Positions 1-10,888 of a stretch of DNA of 64,000 nucleotides are shown one piece after another (within the stretch, counting starts at the first letter, position 1; the number at the start of each line of letters is the position of its first letter). This DNA is from Podarcis muralis. Its lineage: Eukaryota. A program made the translations under genes and the position numbers. The notes beneath the pieces were generated by a model that had not been told where the DNA came from, did no database searches, and worked only from the letters and a program-made list of their open reading frames with translations. The stretch is taken from contig NC_135656.1 of NCBI RefSeq assembly GCF_964188315.1, positions 106,702,001-106,766,000 on the forward strand, given 5' to 3'.

Positions 1-2245
1 GAGATATGCACGTTGCTTTATCAGGGAGCATGAATTGGTTTGTTTAGGTTTTGGAATTTTAAAAAACAAGCATGTCTAAAGGAAGCAAAGGCTCATGTAA
101 TTCTGCAGCCCTGAATATAGGTCAGGGCATTCCTAACCCCTATTTTTGATTATAAAAAGATTCTGAACGTTTCTCATTAATTAAGAAGGCATTTCTCTTT
201 TTCTTAAAGAATGGAAGGGAAATCATTGTTGCTGTAGAGGATGAATTGCCACCCCTTTGAAACTGGGGAGCTATAACAATCGTAATTATTGTAAAAACTT
301 AATTAACACAACAGAGGCATCACAGTTTTTCAACGGAGCCTTGGGAATTATTTTTCATTTTAAGAAACTAGACTGTCCCCCCCCTCTTTCTGTTGTAAAC
401 AGAAGCTGTTGACACAGGTACGTAATTCTGAACATTTTTAGAAATCATAGTTATTCTGTATTGCATCCAACTCTATAGCCCCTTGGAAATCAACGGACCT
501 CAGTTAGTCCTGGCCATTTATTTCAACAGATCTACTCTGAGTAGAACTAAAATGGGATGCAATCTTTTTCCACATGATGGTCCTTCATGCTGATTCATGA
601 TAACACCAATTTATTTGTACTTAAAAACCTTGCCAGTGTATGGTAAATAAAAATATAATTTGGAACTGGAAAATGTATGTATTTATGTAGCGTATGAATA
701 TTCCTTTTAGATAATTTCTGTCCTGCCATACCCTCCAGGAAAGGTCAAGGGATTAAAAAATGAGAAACAGATATTTTTATAAACCAGATTTCATTTGAAA
801 GTGAGACTTGGCAGTACACATACTATTTATTCCCACATGCTGCCTATGTACTTCAAAATGTACTTTAGATAAACCATTCTACTGGAAACAATTTATTACA
901 GTACTCATGGTTTTGTAGCTCTAAAGCAACTGAGCTACAACACTACTATTCTTTAGATATATCATAGACACCTGCCATCCACGTCCTTTATTTAAACAGG
1001 AGTATTTACAAACAGAGTATTCCATTCTCATACTTATACTGAGTTTGGGCAGGATGGGGAGTTTTGTGTATCTCTAAAGCATGATAAAGCTTTGAAATAT
1101 GACCCATTATTGTGCATTCATTTTTTAAATATTGAGTTTGCCCTTTCCTTCATACCCATAACAGCCTGCTGGATAGGTTAGAGTAAGGCAGGGGCTGCCA
1201 ACCTGACGCCATCCAGATGTTGGAGCTATAGAACCCATCATCCCTGAGAACGGGCCAGAATCTATAACCCTGCTCCAGTTAAACTGAGAAAGGGGTAGTG
1301 CTATGGATCTGGAGGGACAGGAACATGGTCCTTCCGGTGGTTGCATGTTTGAGATTTCCCTTCTATAGCGGTGAATCTGGATCCCAAGTGACCCATTTCC
1401 ACTGAAAAAGAGCTGCAATGAGCTTCACCGGAACAACAATAGAGAAGTCCCACAATTAGCAATATGAAAGGAGAAGTTGGGGCTGGATCAACCTCAAACA
1501 CCCTATTCCCCTTTCCCTTCTAAAACACAAGGTTGGCTGGGTTTTTAGGAATTATCCTACCATTTCCCAAGCATTTCTGCACCTTTAGTGGTGGGGGGAG
1601 GGGGACAGGGGTAGCACAAAAGCACAGAATCCACATTAACTGAGCAAACCTAAGCTGCGGCTATGCCATTGAATCCCACAAGCAAAATACGATGGTAAAA
1701 TTCATGACAAATTGCTGCTTTAGGGGTTGCTTTCATCATCTGGAATGGATTAATCCCTTTTCCTTTACTTTCCACCAGAAAGCACGCCTTGGTTAAAGTC
1801 CACTTTGGTTTAAGACCAGACTTCCAGAACGGATCAAGAACGGATTAAGGTTGTAAACCAAGGTACCACTGTAGTGAGAATCTGGATGCACCCAGAGAGA
1901 CTTCTAACATATTGGGCAGTATCCAACATTGAAGCTCTGCCTGCAAAATGGACTTCCATGCATTCAGTAGACCTTCCTCTTCCCTCCAGCTGCCCCATTG
2001 AATCCTCAAAATCTCAACTGGAGGGTTGGGAACCCCCAAACATATTTTGGGGACTTTTGGAGGAGAGAAGAGAAGTCTTGTTGCACAGGCAGAACTAAGT
2101 GAGAGGAGCATTAAACACAATCCATTATATTAAAAACTGCTCTCTTTTTGTTGTTTATGTTATGTGTACAGTGGATTCAACCCTACAATTTGGCACACCA
2201 CTTCTCACAAGTCTTCTGCTTAAGTCTTCAGGCAAGTGAAGGGGA

Positions 2246-3178
2246 ATGGGAGAAGGGAATATGTCATGGACCGTGTTCCTTCTGGTTGGACTTCAGCATC
2301 AAAGGTCACCTATGGTTTTCCTTGGTGTGATCTTCTTCATGTTCATAGTAGCTCTGATAGGGAACAGCCTCCTTCTTTTTCTGATCAAGACAGACTCTGG
2401 TCTGCAGACCCCAATGTATTTTTTCCTCAGCCAACTAGCCTTCATGGACCTCTGCCAAGTTCTCTCCATTGTTCCCAAAATGACGGTGGATTTTGTAACC
2501 CAGAGCTACAGCATTTCACTCTATGGTTGTTTTGTGCAGATTTCTGTCACAATGCTCATGGCAGGGGCAGAGTGCTTCATCCTGGCGATCATGTCATATG
2601 ACAGGTATGTGGCTATCTGCAGACCACTGCAATATCCGGTTCTCATGAGGAGGAAAATTTGCAACATCATGTCAGTTGCTGTCTGGTTTGGGTCTTCTGT
2701 GCAGGCCTTCACTAGTTCCCTTTATGTCCTGCCACTTCCCTACTGCAAGTCCAATGTGATCAGACACTACATGTGCGATTACCCAGCCCTTGTCCAGTTG
2801 TCCTGTTCTGACAACTTGGCATATGATATAACAGCATACTTTGGTAATTCCATGTTCCTTGTCATCCCCATCTCAGTCATCCTGGCTTCCTACATAGCCA
2901 TCCTACTTCAAGTCTTCGGAGCACGATCCTCTGGAAGAAGCCACAAGGCCTTGGGGACCTGCTTGTCCCATCTGTGTGTGGTTGGGATCTTCTACGTTAC
3001 GGCCATTTTAACGTACATGACACCTGCCACTTCCTATTCAGCACAAAGGGCCATGATAAACACTGTGTTTTTTACCATTGTGCCTGCCATGATGAACCCT
3101 TTCATATACAGCCTGAGGAACCGGGACGTCTTAGCAGCACTGAGAAAACTCTTTGCAAGATGTGCACTGTGTCAATGA
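2246..3178 (+). CDS. Olfactory receptor OR1 (class II, family-2-like), intact, 310 aa
   Basis: OR motifs GN, LQTPMYFFLSQL, MSYDRYVAICRPLQY, ECL2 cysteines, KALGTCLSHL and PAMMNPFIYSLRN; N-glycosylation sequon NMS; single coding exon. Confidence 0.97.
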   Translation: MGEGNMSWTVFLLVGLQHQRSPMVFLGVIFFMFIVALIGNSLLLFLIKTDSGLQTPMYFFLSQLAFMDLCQVLSIVPKMTVDFVTQSYSISLYGCFVQISVTMLMAGAECFILAIMSYDRYVAICRPLQYPVLMRRKICNIMSVAVWFGSSVQAFTSSLYVLPLPYCKSNVIRHYMCDYPALVQLSCSDNLAYDITAYFGNSMFLVIPISVILASYIAILLQVFGARSSGRSHKALGTCLSHLCVVGIFYVTAILTYMTPATSYSAQRAMINTVFFTIVPAMMNPFIYSLRNRDVLAALRKLFARCALCQ

Positions 3179-3809
3179 TTTCAGCAGGATACAAAATGGA
3201 AGGTACCATCCCTTTGAAATTTATCCAGGGGCTGAAATTTATCTAAGGCTGCTTCAGATGGGCGTATTATTGTGGGATGGGTGCTACTCACGTGTGAACA
3301 GAATCTGGAAACAGAGTCTGCTTTACTTAAATTGTTCTTATTTGTTTTCATTGTTCACATTGTTTTTCTGTAAAACCACATCAAAATATGTTATGGGGCA
3401 TCATTCGTAAATGGAATCAATTAAGTAAATGAATAACGCAGGTTTTCAATAATGTCCATATAGTGTTCTTGGCATTGAAATGTGTTCCTATATTCCCCAA
3501 CCCACCCCTTTTAATTCAGATTTAATTTCTCCGTGGAAAGTCATATGTATGTCTATGGGGGTGGTACGCATGCGTAATGTTTCGAACAACTCCTTTGCAA
3601 TATCTGAATGTCCTGTTTGCATCATTACCGCTATATGATTTGTGATGGTAGCAAATAATGAATCCCAACATTCATACTGTAGCTTTCTTACAAATTATAA
3701 TAACATATCTTACAGGACTGCTGTAAATTTTCTTGGGATAATGTATTATAGGAAATGCTTAGAATGCCCTAAAACGTTGTGTAAATTCTAAGGAACATTT
3801 CCCCTGTCT

Positions 3810-3853
<44 letters not shown>

Positions 3854-4139
3854 CAGTTGTACCTCAGGTTACAGACGCAGGGCCCACACACACCCAGACC
3901 TACCATAGAGGCTCCTTATGAGCCCTGAGGAATATCGCCGGCTATTGTTTTATTGATTTAATATGTGGTACATCCCTTTGAGGTTTTTATTTTTTAAAAA
4001 AGTGGTAGAGAAATTAAAAATACATACATACATACATACAGTCCAAGAATGCATCTTCAGCATCTTCAGATGGTGAGTGGTAGGAAGTTTTCACATTTTA
4101 AATGCAATAAAGTTTTTTAACAATTAAGATAATGGTTTC

Positions 4140-4762
4140 GGGGCCAAATTCCCTCAGGGTGGAGCTGGCGGAGCATTTCTCCATGGAGAGTAGAAATGCT
4201 GGATTGGAAATGTGCAAGGTAAGAAATACTGGTTCTGGTCTGAATGTTTCAGAATCAAAAGGCAGATATATATTTCCTGCTTCTAGAAACAGGGAGTCAG
4301 TGGAGCTAACCAAACATTTCGCTGTAAATGAACGCTGGGAAATTTTCAGAGATATGCACGTTGCTTTATCAGGGAGCATGAATTGGTTTGTTTAGGTTTT
4401 GGAATTTTAAAAATCAAGCATGTCAAAAGGAAGCAAAGCCTCATGTAATTCTGCAGCCCTGAATATAGGTCAGGGCATTCCTCCCCTCAACTTCTGAATA
4501 TAAAAGGATTGTGAACGTTTCTCATTAATCAAGAAGGCATTTCTCTTTTTCTTAAAGAATGGAAGGGAAAACATTTTTGCGGTAGAGGATGCATTCCCAC
4601 CCCTTTGAAACTGGGGAGTTATAACAGTAGTAATTATTGTAAAAAATTAATTAACACAACAGAGGCATCACCAACCGAGCCTTGGCAATTAATTATCATT
4701 TTAAGAAACCAAACTTTCTCCCTTCTTGCTGTTGTAAACAGAAGCGGTCGGCACAGGTATGT
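4140..4762 (+). promoter_or_regulatory. Putative OR2 promoter and non-coding exon 1 (O/E-like site, homeodomain sites, splice donor)
   Basis: TTCCCTCAGGG at 4149-4159 (Ebf/O-E-like), TCATTAAT and TTAATTAA sites, donor CAG|GTATGT at 4757; module repeated upstream of OR1 and OR3-OR6. Confidence 0.55.
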
Positions 4763-6278
4763 AATTCTGAACATTTGTAGAAGTCATAGTTATTCTGTAT
4801 TGCATCCAACTGTGTAGCCCAATGGAAATCAATGGACCTAAGTTAGTCCTGGCCATTCATTTCAACAGATCTACTCTGAGTAGAACTAAAATGGGATGCA
4901 ATCTTTTGCCACATGATGGTCCTTCATGCTGATTCATGATAACACCAATTTACTTGTACTTAAGAACCTTGCAAGCTTATGGAAAATAGGAAAAATATAT
5001 TCAAACAGGAAAAAGAATATATTTATGTAGAGTATACTTATTCCTTTTAGATAATTTCTATCCTGCCATATCATCCAGGAAAGGTCAAGGGATTCATTTG
5101 AAAGTGAGACTTGGCACTACACATACTATTTATTCCCACATTCTCAGGTTGTATCACTTCAAAATGTAGATGAGTTAAACCATTCTACAATTTACTACAG
5201 TACTACAGTACTCATAGTTTTGCAGCTCTAAAGCTCTAAAGCAACTGAGCTACAACACCTAGTATTCTTTACATATATCATAGACACCGGGCTTAACACC
5301 TGCCATCCATGTCCTTTTATTTCAAACAGGAATGGTTACGAACAGAGTATTCCATTCTCATGCTTGGGCTGAGTTTGGGCAGGATGTGGAGTTTTGTGTC
5401 TCTCTAAAGCATGATAAAGCTTTGAAATATGACCCATTATTCATTTTTTAAAATATTGAGTTTGCCCTTTCCTTCATTCCCATAAGAGCCTCCTGGATAG
5501 GTTACAGTAAGGCAGGGGCAGCCAACCTAACGGCATCCAGATGTTGGAGCTATAGAACCCATCGTCCCTGAGAACGGGCCAGAATCTCTAAACCTGCTCC
5601 AGAGAAGCTGAGAAAGGGGTAGTGCTATGGATCTGGAGGGACAGGAACATGGTCCTTCCGGTGGTTGCATGTTAGAGATTTCCCTCCTATAGCGGTGAAT
5701 CTGGATCCCAAGTGACCCATTCCCACTGAAAAAGAACTGCAATGGGCTTCACCAAAACAACATGGAAAAGTCCCAAGCAAAAGTCCCACAATTAGCAATA
5801 TGAAAGGAGAAGTTGGGGCTGGATCAACCTCAAACACCCTACTTTCCCTTCTAAAACACAAGGTTGGCTGGGTTTTTAGGAATTATCCTACCATTTCCCA
5901 AGCCTTTCTGCGCCTTTTGCGGTGGGGGGAGGGGGACAGGGGTAGCACAAAAGCACCCAATCCACATTAACTGAGCAAACCTAAGCTGCTGTTATGCCAT
6001 TGAATCCCACAAGCAAAATACAGTAGTAAAATTCATGTCAAATTGCTGTTTTAGGGGTTGCTTCTCATCATCTGGAATGGATTAATCTGTTTTCCATTAC
6101 TTTCTATGGGAAAGCACACGTTGGTTTAAGTCCACTTTGGTTTAAGACACAATCCATTATATTAAAAACTGCTCTCTTTTTGTTGTTTATGTTATGTGTA
6201 CAGGGGATTCAACCCTACGATTTGGCACACCACTTCTCACAAGTCTTCCTCTTAAGTCTTCAGGCAAGTGAAGGAGGA

Positions 6279-7211
6279 ATGGGAGAAGGGAATATGTCAT
6301 GGACCGTGTTCCTTCTGGTTGGACTTCAGCATCAAAGGTCACCTATGGTTTTCCTTGGTGTGATCTTCTTCATGTTCATAGTAGCTCTGATAGGGAACAG
6401 CCTCCTTCTTTTTCTGATCAAGACAGACTCTGGTCTGCAGACCCCAATGTATTTTTTCCTCAGCCAACTAGCCTTCATGGACCTCTGCCAAGTTCTCTCC
6501 ATTGTTCCCAAAATGGCGGTGGATTTTGTAACCCAGAGCTACAGCATTTCACTCTACGGTTGTGTCGTGCAGATTTCTGTCACAATGCTCATGGCAGGGG
6601 CAGAGTGCTTCATCCTGGTGACCATGTCATATGACAGGTATGTGGCTATCTGCAGACCACTGCAATATCCGGTTCTCATGAGGAGGAAAATTTGCAACAT
6701 CATGTCAGTTGCTGTCTGGTTTGGGTCTTCTGTGCAGGCCTTCACTAGTTCCCTTTATGTACTGCCCCTTCCCTACTGCAAGTCCAATGTGATCAGACAC
6801 TACATGTGCGATTACCCAGCCCTTGTCCAGTTGTCCTGTTCTGACAACTTGGCATATGATATAACAGCATACTTTGGTAATTCCATGTTCCTTGTCATCC
6901 CCATCTCAGTCATCCTGGCTTCCTACATAGCCATCCTACTTCAAGTCTTCGGAGCACGATCCTCTGGAAGAAGCCACAAGGCCTTGGGGACCTGCTTGTC
7001 CCATCTGTGTGTGGTGGGGATCTTCTACGTTACAGCCATTTTGACGTACATGACACCTGCCACTTCCTATTCAGCACAAAGGGCCATGATAAACACTTTG
7101 TTTTTTACCATTGTGCCTGCCATGATGAACCCTTTCATATACAGCCTGAGGAACCGGGACGTCTTAGCAGCACTGAGAAAGCTCTTTGCAAGATGTGCAC
7201 TGTGTCAATGA
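6279..7211 (+). CDS. Olfactory receptor OR2, intact, 310 aa (5 aa different from OR1)
   Basis: Same motifs as OR1. Start set at MGEG (6279) by homology with OR1/OR3; the extra 33 codons in the ORF track run through a splice-acceptor-like tract. Confidence 0.96.
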   Translation: MGEGNMSWTVFLLVGLQHQRSPMVFLGVIFFMFIVALIGNSLLLFLIKTDSGLQTPMYFFLSQLAFMDLCQVLSIVPKMAVDFVTQSYSISLYGCVVQISVTMLMAGAECFILVTMSYDRYVAICRPLQYPVLMRRKICNIMSVAVWFGSSVQAFTSSLYVLPLPYCKSNVIRHYMCDYPALVQLSCSDNLAYDITAYFGNSMFLVIPISVILASYIAILLQVFGARSSGRSHKALGTCLSHLCVVGIFYVTAILTYMTPATSYSAQRAMINTLFFTIVPAMMNPFIYSLRNRDVLAALRKLFARCALCQ

Positions 7212-7882
7212 TTTCAGCAGGATACAAAATGGCAGGTACTCTCCCTTTGGAATTTATCCAGGGGCTGAAATTTAGCTGGAGGGAACTTAAGTGAGAGATT
7301 CAAAATGTGTCCAAGGCTGCTTCAGATGGGCGTATTATTGTGGGATGGGTGCTACTCACGAGTGAGCAGAATCTAGAAACCAGAGTCTGCTTTAATTAAA
7401 TGGTTTTTAGTTGTTGTCATTGTTCATGTTGTTTTACTGTAAAACCACTTGGAAATATTTTATGGGGCATCATTCATAAATGGAATCTACTAAGTAAATG
7501 AATAACACAGGTTTCCAACAATGTCATATGGTGTTCTTGGCATTGAAATGTGTGCCTATATTCCCCAACCCACCCCTTTTAAAACACATTTACTTTTTCT
7601 GTGGAAAATCATATGTATGTGGGTGGGGGTGGTACGCATGCGTAATGTTTCAAACAACTCCTTCGCAATACCTGAACGTCCTATTTGCATCATTACCACT
7701 ATATGATTTGTGATGTAGCAAAAAATGAATCCCAACATTCATACTGTAGCTTTCTTACAAATTATAATAACATAACTTACAGGACTGCTGCAACTTTTAT
7801 TGGGATAATGTATTATAGGAAATGCTCTAAAACATTGTATAAATTCTAAGGATCATTTCCCCTGTCTCATACATATATATAT

Positions 7883-8082
7883 AGTGGTACCTCAGGTTAC
7901 AGACGCTTCAGGTTACAGATGCTTCAGGTTACAGACTCCGCTAACTCAAAAATAGTACCTCAGGTTAAGAACTTTGCTTCAGGATGAGAACAGAAATCGT
8001 GTGGTGCGGTGCTTCAGGTTAAGAACAGTTTCAGGTTAAGAACGGACCTCCAGAGCGAATTAAGTACTTAACCGGAGGTACC

Positions 8083-8086
<4 letters not shown>
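7883..8086. mobile_element. Tc1/mariner-type MITE (CAGTGGTACC TIR family); a truncated orthologous copy lies at 3852-3878
   Basis: Termini (c)AGTGGTACCTC...GGTACCACTG in TA context; same internal sequence as the copies at 34154, 42193, 44756 and 53759. Confidence 0.8.
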
Positions 8087-8126
<40 letters not shown>

Positions 8127-8229
8127 CAATAACCTTCAGTGAAGGAGCTCTCCCGAGAGACTGTTCCACCTCTCCCGAGAGACTGTTCCACTGCCCAGCA
8201 GCTGTTACTGTCATAATGTTTCTCTGAAT

Positions 8230-8765
8230 GTTTAGTCAGAATCTGCTTTTCTGCAACTGGAAGTCATTGCCTCGAGTCCTACCCTCAAGTGCAGGAGAAA
8301 ACAAACATGCTCCCTCTTCCATGTGACAGCCCTTTACATATTTGAAGATGGCTATCATATTGCCTCTCAGTCTCCTCTTTTTCAAGCATTCCTCGTAAGG
8401 CTTACTTTCCAGACCCTTAATCATCTTGGTTGCTCTCCTGTAAACATGTTCCAGCTTGTCAACATCCTTCTTAAATTGTGTTTCCCAGAACTGGACACAG
8501 TATTCCAGGTGTGGACTGACCAAGGTAGAATAGAGTGGTTCTATTACTTCCCTTGATCTGGACACTAGACTTCTGTTGATGCAGCTGAGAATAGCATTAG
8601 CCTTTTTTTGCTGTTGCATCACACTGTTGACACTTGTTAAGCCTGTGGTCCAGCAAGACCTGAAGATCCTTTTCACATTTACTGCTAGTAAGCCAGGTGT
8701 TCCCCATCCTTTATTTGTGCATCTGGTTCTTCCTGCTTAAGTCCAGAACCGTACATTTGTCCCCT
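8230..8765 (-). mobile_element. Older CR1 LINE 3' fragment (paralogous, internally deleted copy at about 18660-19035)
   Basis: Translates to [44 protein letters not shown], the CR1 ORF2 C-terminus. Confidence 0.9.
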
Positions 8766-9184
8766 ATTGTCCCTAAAATGAAAAACACCAACACTAACAC
8801 AGGGACGAAGGAAAGCAGACAGCAAGAGATGCAGGCAGAAGAAAAAGGCTGGAATGGATCTAGATTGGCTATGCAGCTTCAGCCTGTGTTTGTCTCTGGA
8901 AGCAGCAGTGTGCTGATTGACTCCAACAGTGGCCCCTGCAGATCCATTCCAGCCTTTTCCTTCTGCCTCTGTCAGCTTTTGTCTCCCAGCTTCGTCTGCA
9001 TCCACGTTCTGCTGGCCAACATTTGAGGAGAGAGATCTGAGGGGGGCAGGAACTGTGGTTTGCAGGCAAGGAGGAGAAGCCATTCCACCCTTGGACCTCC
9101 TGAAGTGCCCTTCCTCTGGTCCTTGAGTCTTTTTCTCTGCAAGAAATATCTCCAATTTTGGCTTCTTGAGCGCCTTTGTGGCTG

Positions 9185-9212
9185 TTTTGTCCGTTGTTGT
9201 TGATGTTGTTGA

Positions 9213-9266
<54 letters not shown>

Positions 9267-9268
9267 CT
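9185..9268. repeat. (GTT)n microsatellite
   Basis: Directly visible; expanded relative to the paralogous site near 19478. Confidence 0.95.
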
Positions 9269-9809
9269 TCTGTGTCCCTGTTTGTTTGTCTTGACATTCC
9301 CTATCCCTTTTTCCTTTGCTGGAAATGTTTTTTACAAAACCCCTGGGGGCTCACCAAAATGAAATATGCTGTGCATGGCTATGCAAGTGAGGAGTGTGTG
9401 TGAGAGAGAGGGGGGGAGGGAGGGAGGGAGAGAGAGAAGTCTCCCTAGTTTTCCTGTGTGAGTTTCTTGTGGCTGATTAGCTGCTCTCTCTGGGCAAAGG
9501 TCAGAGGGGGCAGGGCTTCTGTTGAGGTAGGTGATTAGCTGTGGGAGGAGCTTATCAGAGCTTTAGGGCAGCAGCTGAAGAAGGAACAAAAAGGGTTTTC
9601 CTGTGTGAGTTTCTTGTGGCTGTTTAGCTGCTCTCTCTGGGCAAAGGTCAGAGGGGGCAGGGCTTCTGTTGAGGTAGGTGATTAGCTGTGGGAGGAGCTT
9701 TATCAGAGCTATTAGAGCTTTTAGATTTAGGGGAGCTAGTCTCAAACATTTGTTGGGGGAGACCTAGGTTTTTTGGGAGGGATTTATTTGTCCTGTCTCC
9801 ACACTTTTT

Positions 9810-10883
9810 ATGATAGAGGACCACTGTAGTCACCCCCAACGACACGTTCCCAAGATGGAGGGTGAGGGAACAGCTGCAGTCGCCTGTGGTTCCTGCGCAA
9901 TGTTTGCCATCTTGCCAAAGGTTGCAGGCAGCTTTACCTGCAGCAATTGCATGTTGATTGCCCTCTTAAAGGACAAAGTCCAGCAACTGGAGGAACGTGT
10001 AGCTACGCTCCAAAGAATTAGAGAGCTGGAACTCTTCTTGGAAGCAACAGAGCACACCGTCTCCACCAAGGAAGAGACAGGGGACTCCCCTGAGAAGGTG
10101 GCTAGTTCACCAACACAGGAGTCAGATATATGGAGAAACGTGACTCAAAGAAGTAGGAGGCCCAGGGTTCGCTCTGATTGTTTAGAAATACGCAATCGCT
10201 TTGAGGTCCTCTCCCCTAGCATGGAAGACGAAGAGCAGACTCCATTTGAGGATCTCTCCCTCATTACAGTCGATCAGGTATATGAAGACGAGGAGCAAAG
10301 GCAGTCCTCTGGGAATGTCCAGGCGACCTTGGAACCGACAGCTCACAGAAGAACCCCGACCAGACCTAAGAGGAGGCGTGTAGTGGTGATAGGGGATTCC
10401 CTACTGAGGGGAACAGAAGCAGTGATCTGTGGGCCTGACAAGATGTCTCGGGAAGTGTGCTGTCTCCCTGGGGCTAAGATCCAAGATGTAACTGAACGAC
10501 TGCAAGGAATCATAAAACCCACTGACAAATACCCCTTCCTCTTGGTTCATGTGGGAACCAATGACACTGCAAGCAATAGCCTCCAGAAGATCAAAAGAGA
10601 TTACGAGGCTCTGGGCAGGAAATTGAAGCAATTAAATGCACAAATTGTCATCTCATCTGTCCTCCCAGTTGAACGACGTGGCCCAGGGAGAGAGGGAAAA
10701 ATAGTGGAAGTGAACAACTGGCTTCGCAAATGGTGCAAACAGGAACGGTTTGGATTCTTAGATCACGGAATGCAGTTTCTTGAAGATGGACTTCTGGCAA
10801 GCGATGGGCTGCACCTCACAACGGTTGGGAGGAATGTTTTTGCAAAAAATCTCAGAAACCTCATCAGGAGGGCTTTAAACTGA
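9810..10883 (+). CDS. CR1 ORF1: zinc finger/leucine zipper plus SGNH (GDSL) esterase domain
   Basis: CGSC...CSNC; heptad [15 protein letters not shown]; [17 protein letters not shown] and DGLHL; the start could instead be the downstream MEGEG. Confidence 0.93.
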   Translation: MIEDHCSHPQRHVPKMEGEGTAAVACGSCAMFAILPKVAGSFTCSNCMLIALLKDKVQQLEERVATLQRIRELELFLEATEHTVSTKEETGDSPEKVASSPTQESDIWRNVTQRSRRPRVRSDCLEIRNRFEVLSPSMEDEEQTPFEDLSLITVDQVYEDEEQRQSSGNVQATLEPTAHRRTPTRPKRRRVVVIGDSLLRGTEAVICGPDKMSREVCCLPGAKIQDVTERLQGIIKPTDKYPFLLVHVGTNDTASNSLQKIKRDYEALGRKLKQLNAQIVISSVLPVERRGPGREGKIVEVNNWLRKWCKQERFGFLDHGMQFLEDGLLASDGLHLTTVGRNVFAKNLRNLIRRALN

Positions 10884-10888
10884 CTAAT

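Noticed and set aside
2236-2601. Overlapping alternative-frame ORFs recurring in each OR (MDRVPSGW..., MCG(W/G)DLL...)
   Set aside because: Shadow frames that recur only because the OR genes are recent duplicates
6180-6278. N-terminal extensions of OR2 (also OR4 at 25310 and OR5 at 30355)
   Set aside because: They start at TTG or run through the pyrimidine tract and AG acceptor, and are not open in all paralogues; most likely intron
8685-9403. Cluster of 100-340 aa ORFs in the spacer (also 18903-19976)
   Set aside because: Frames are not conserved between the paralogous units and run through microsatellites; may be a decayed TE ORF but could not be assigned
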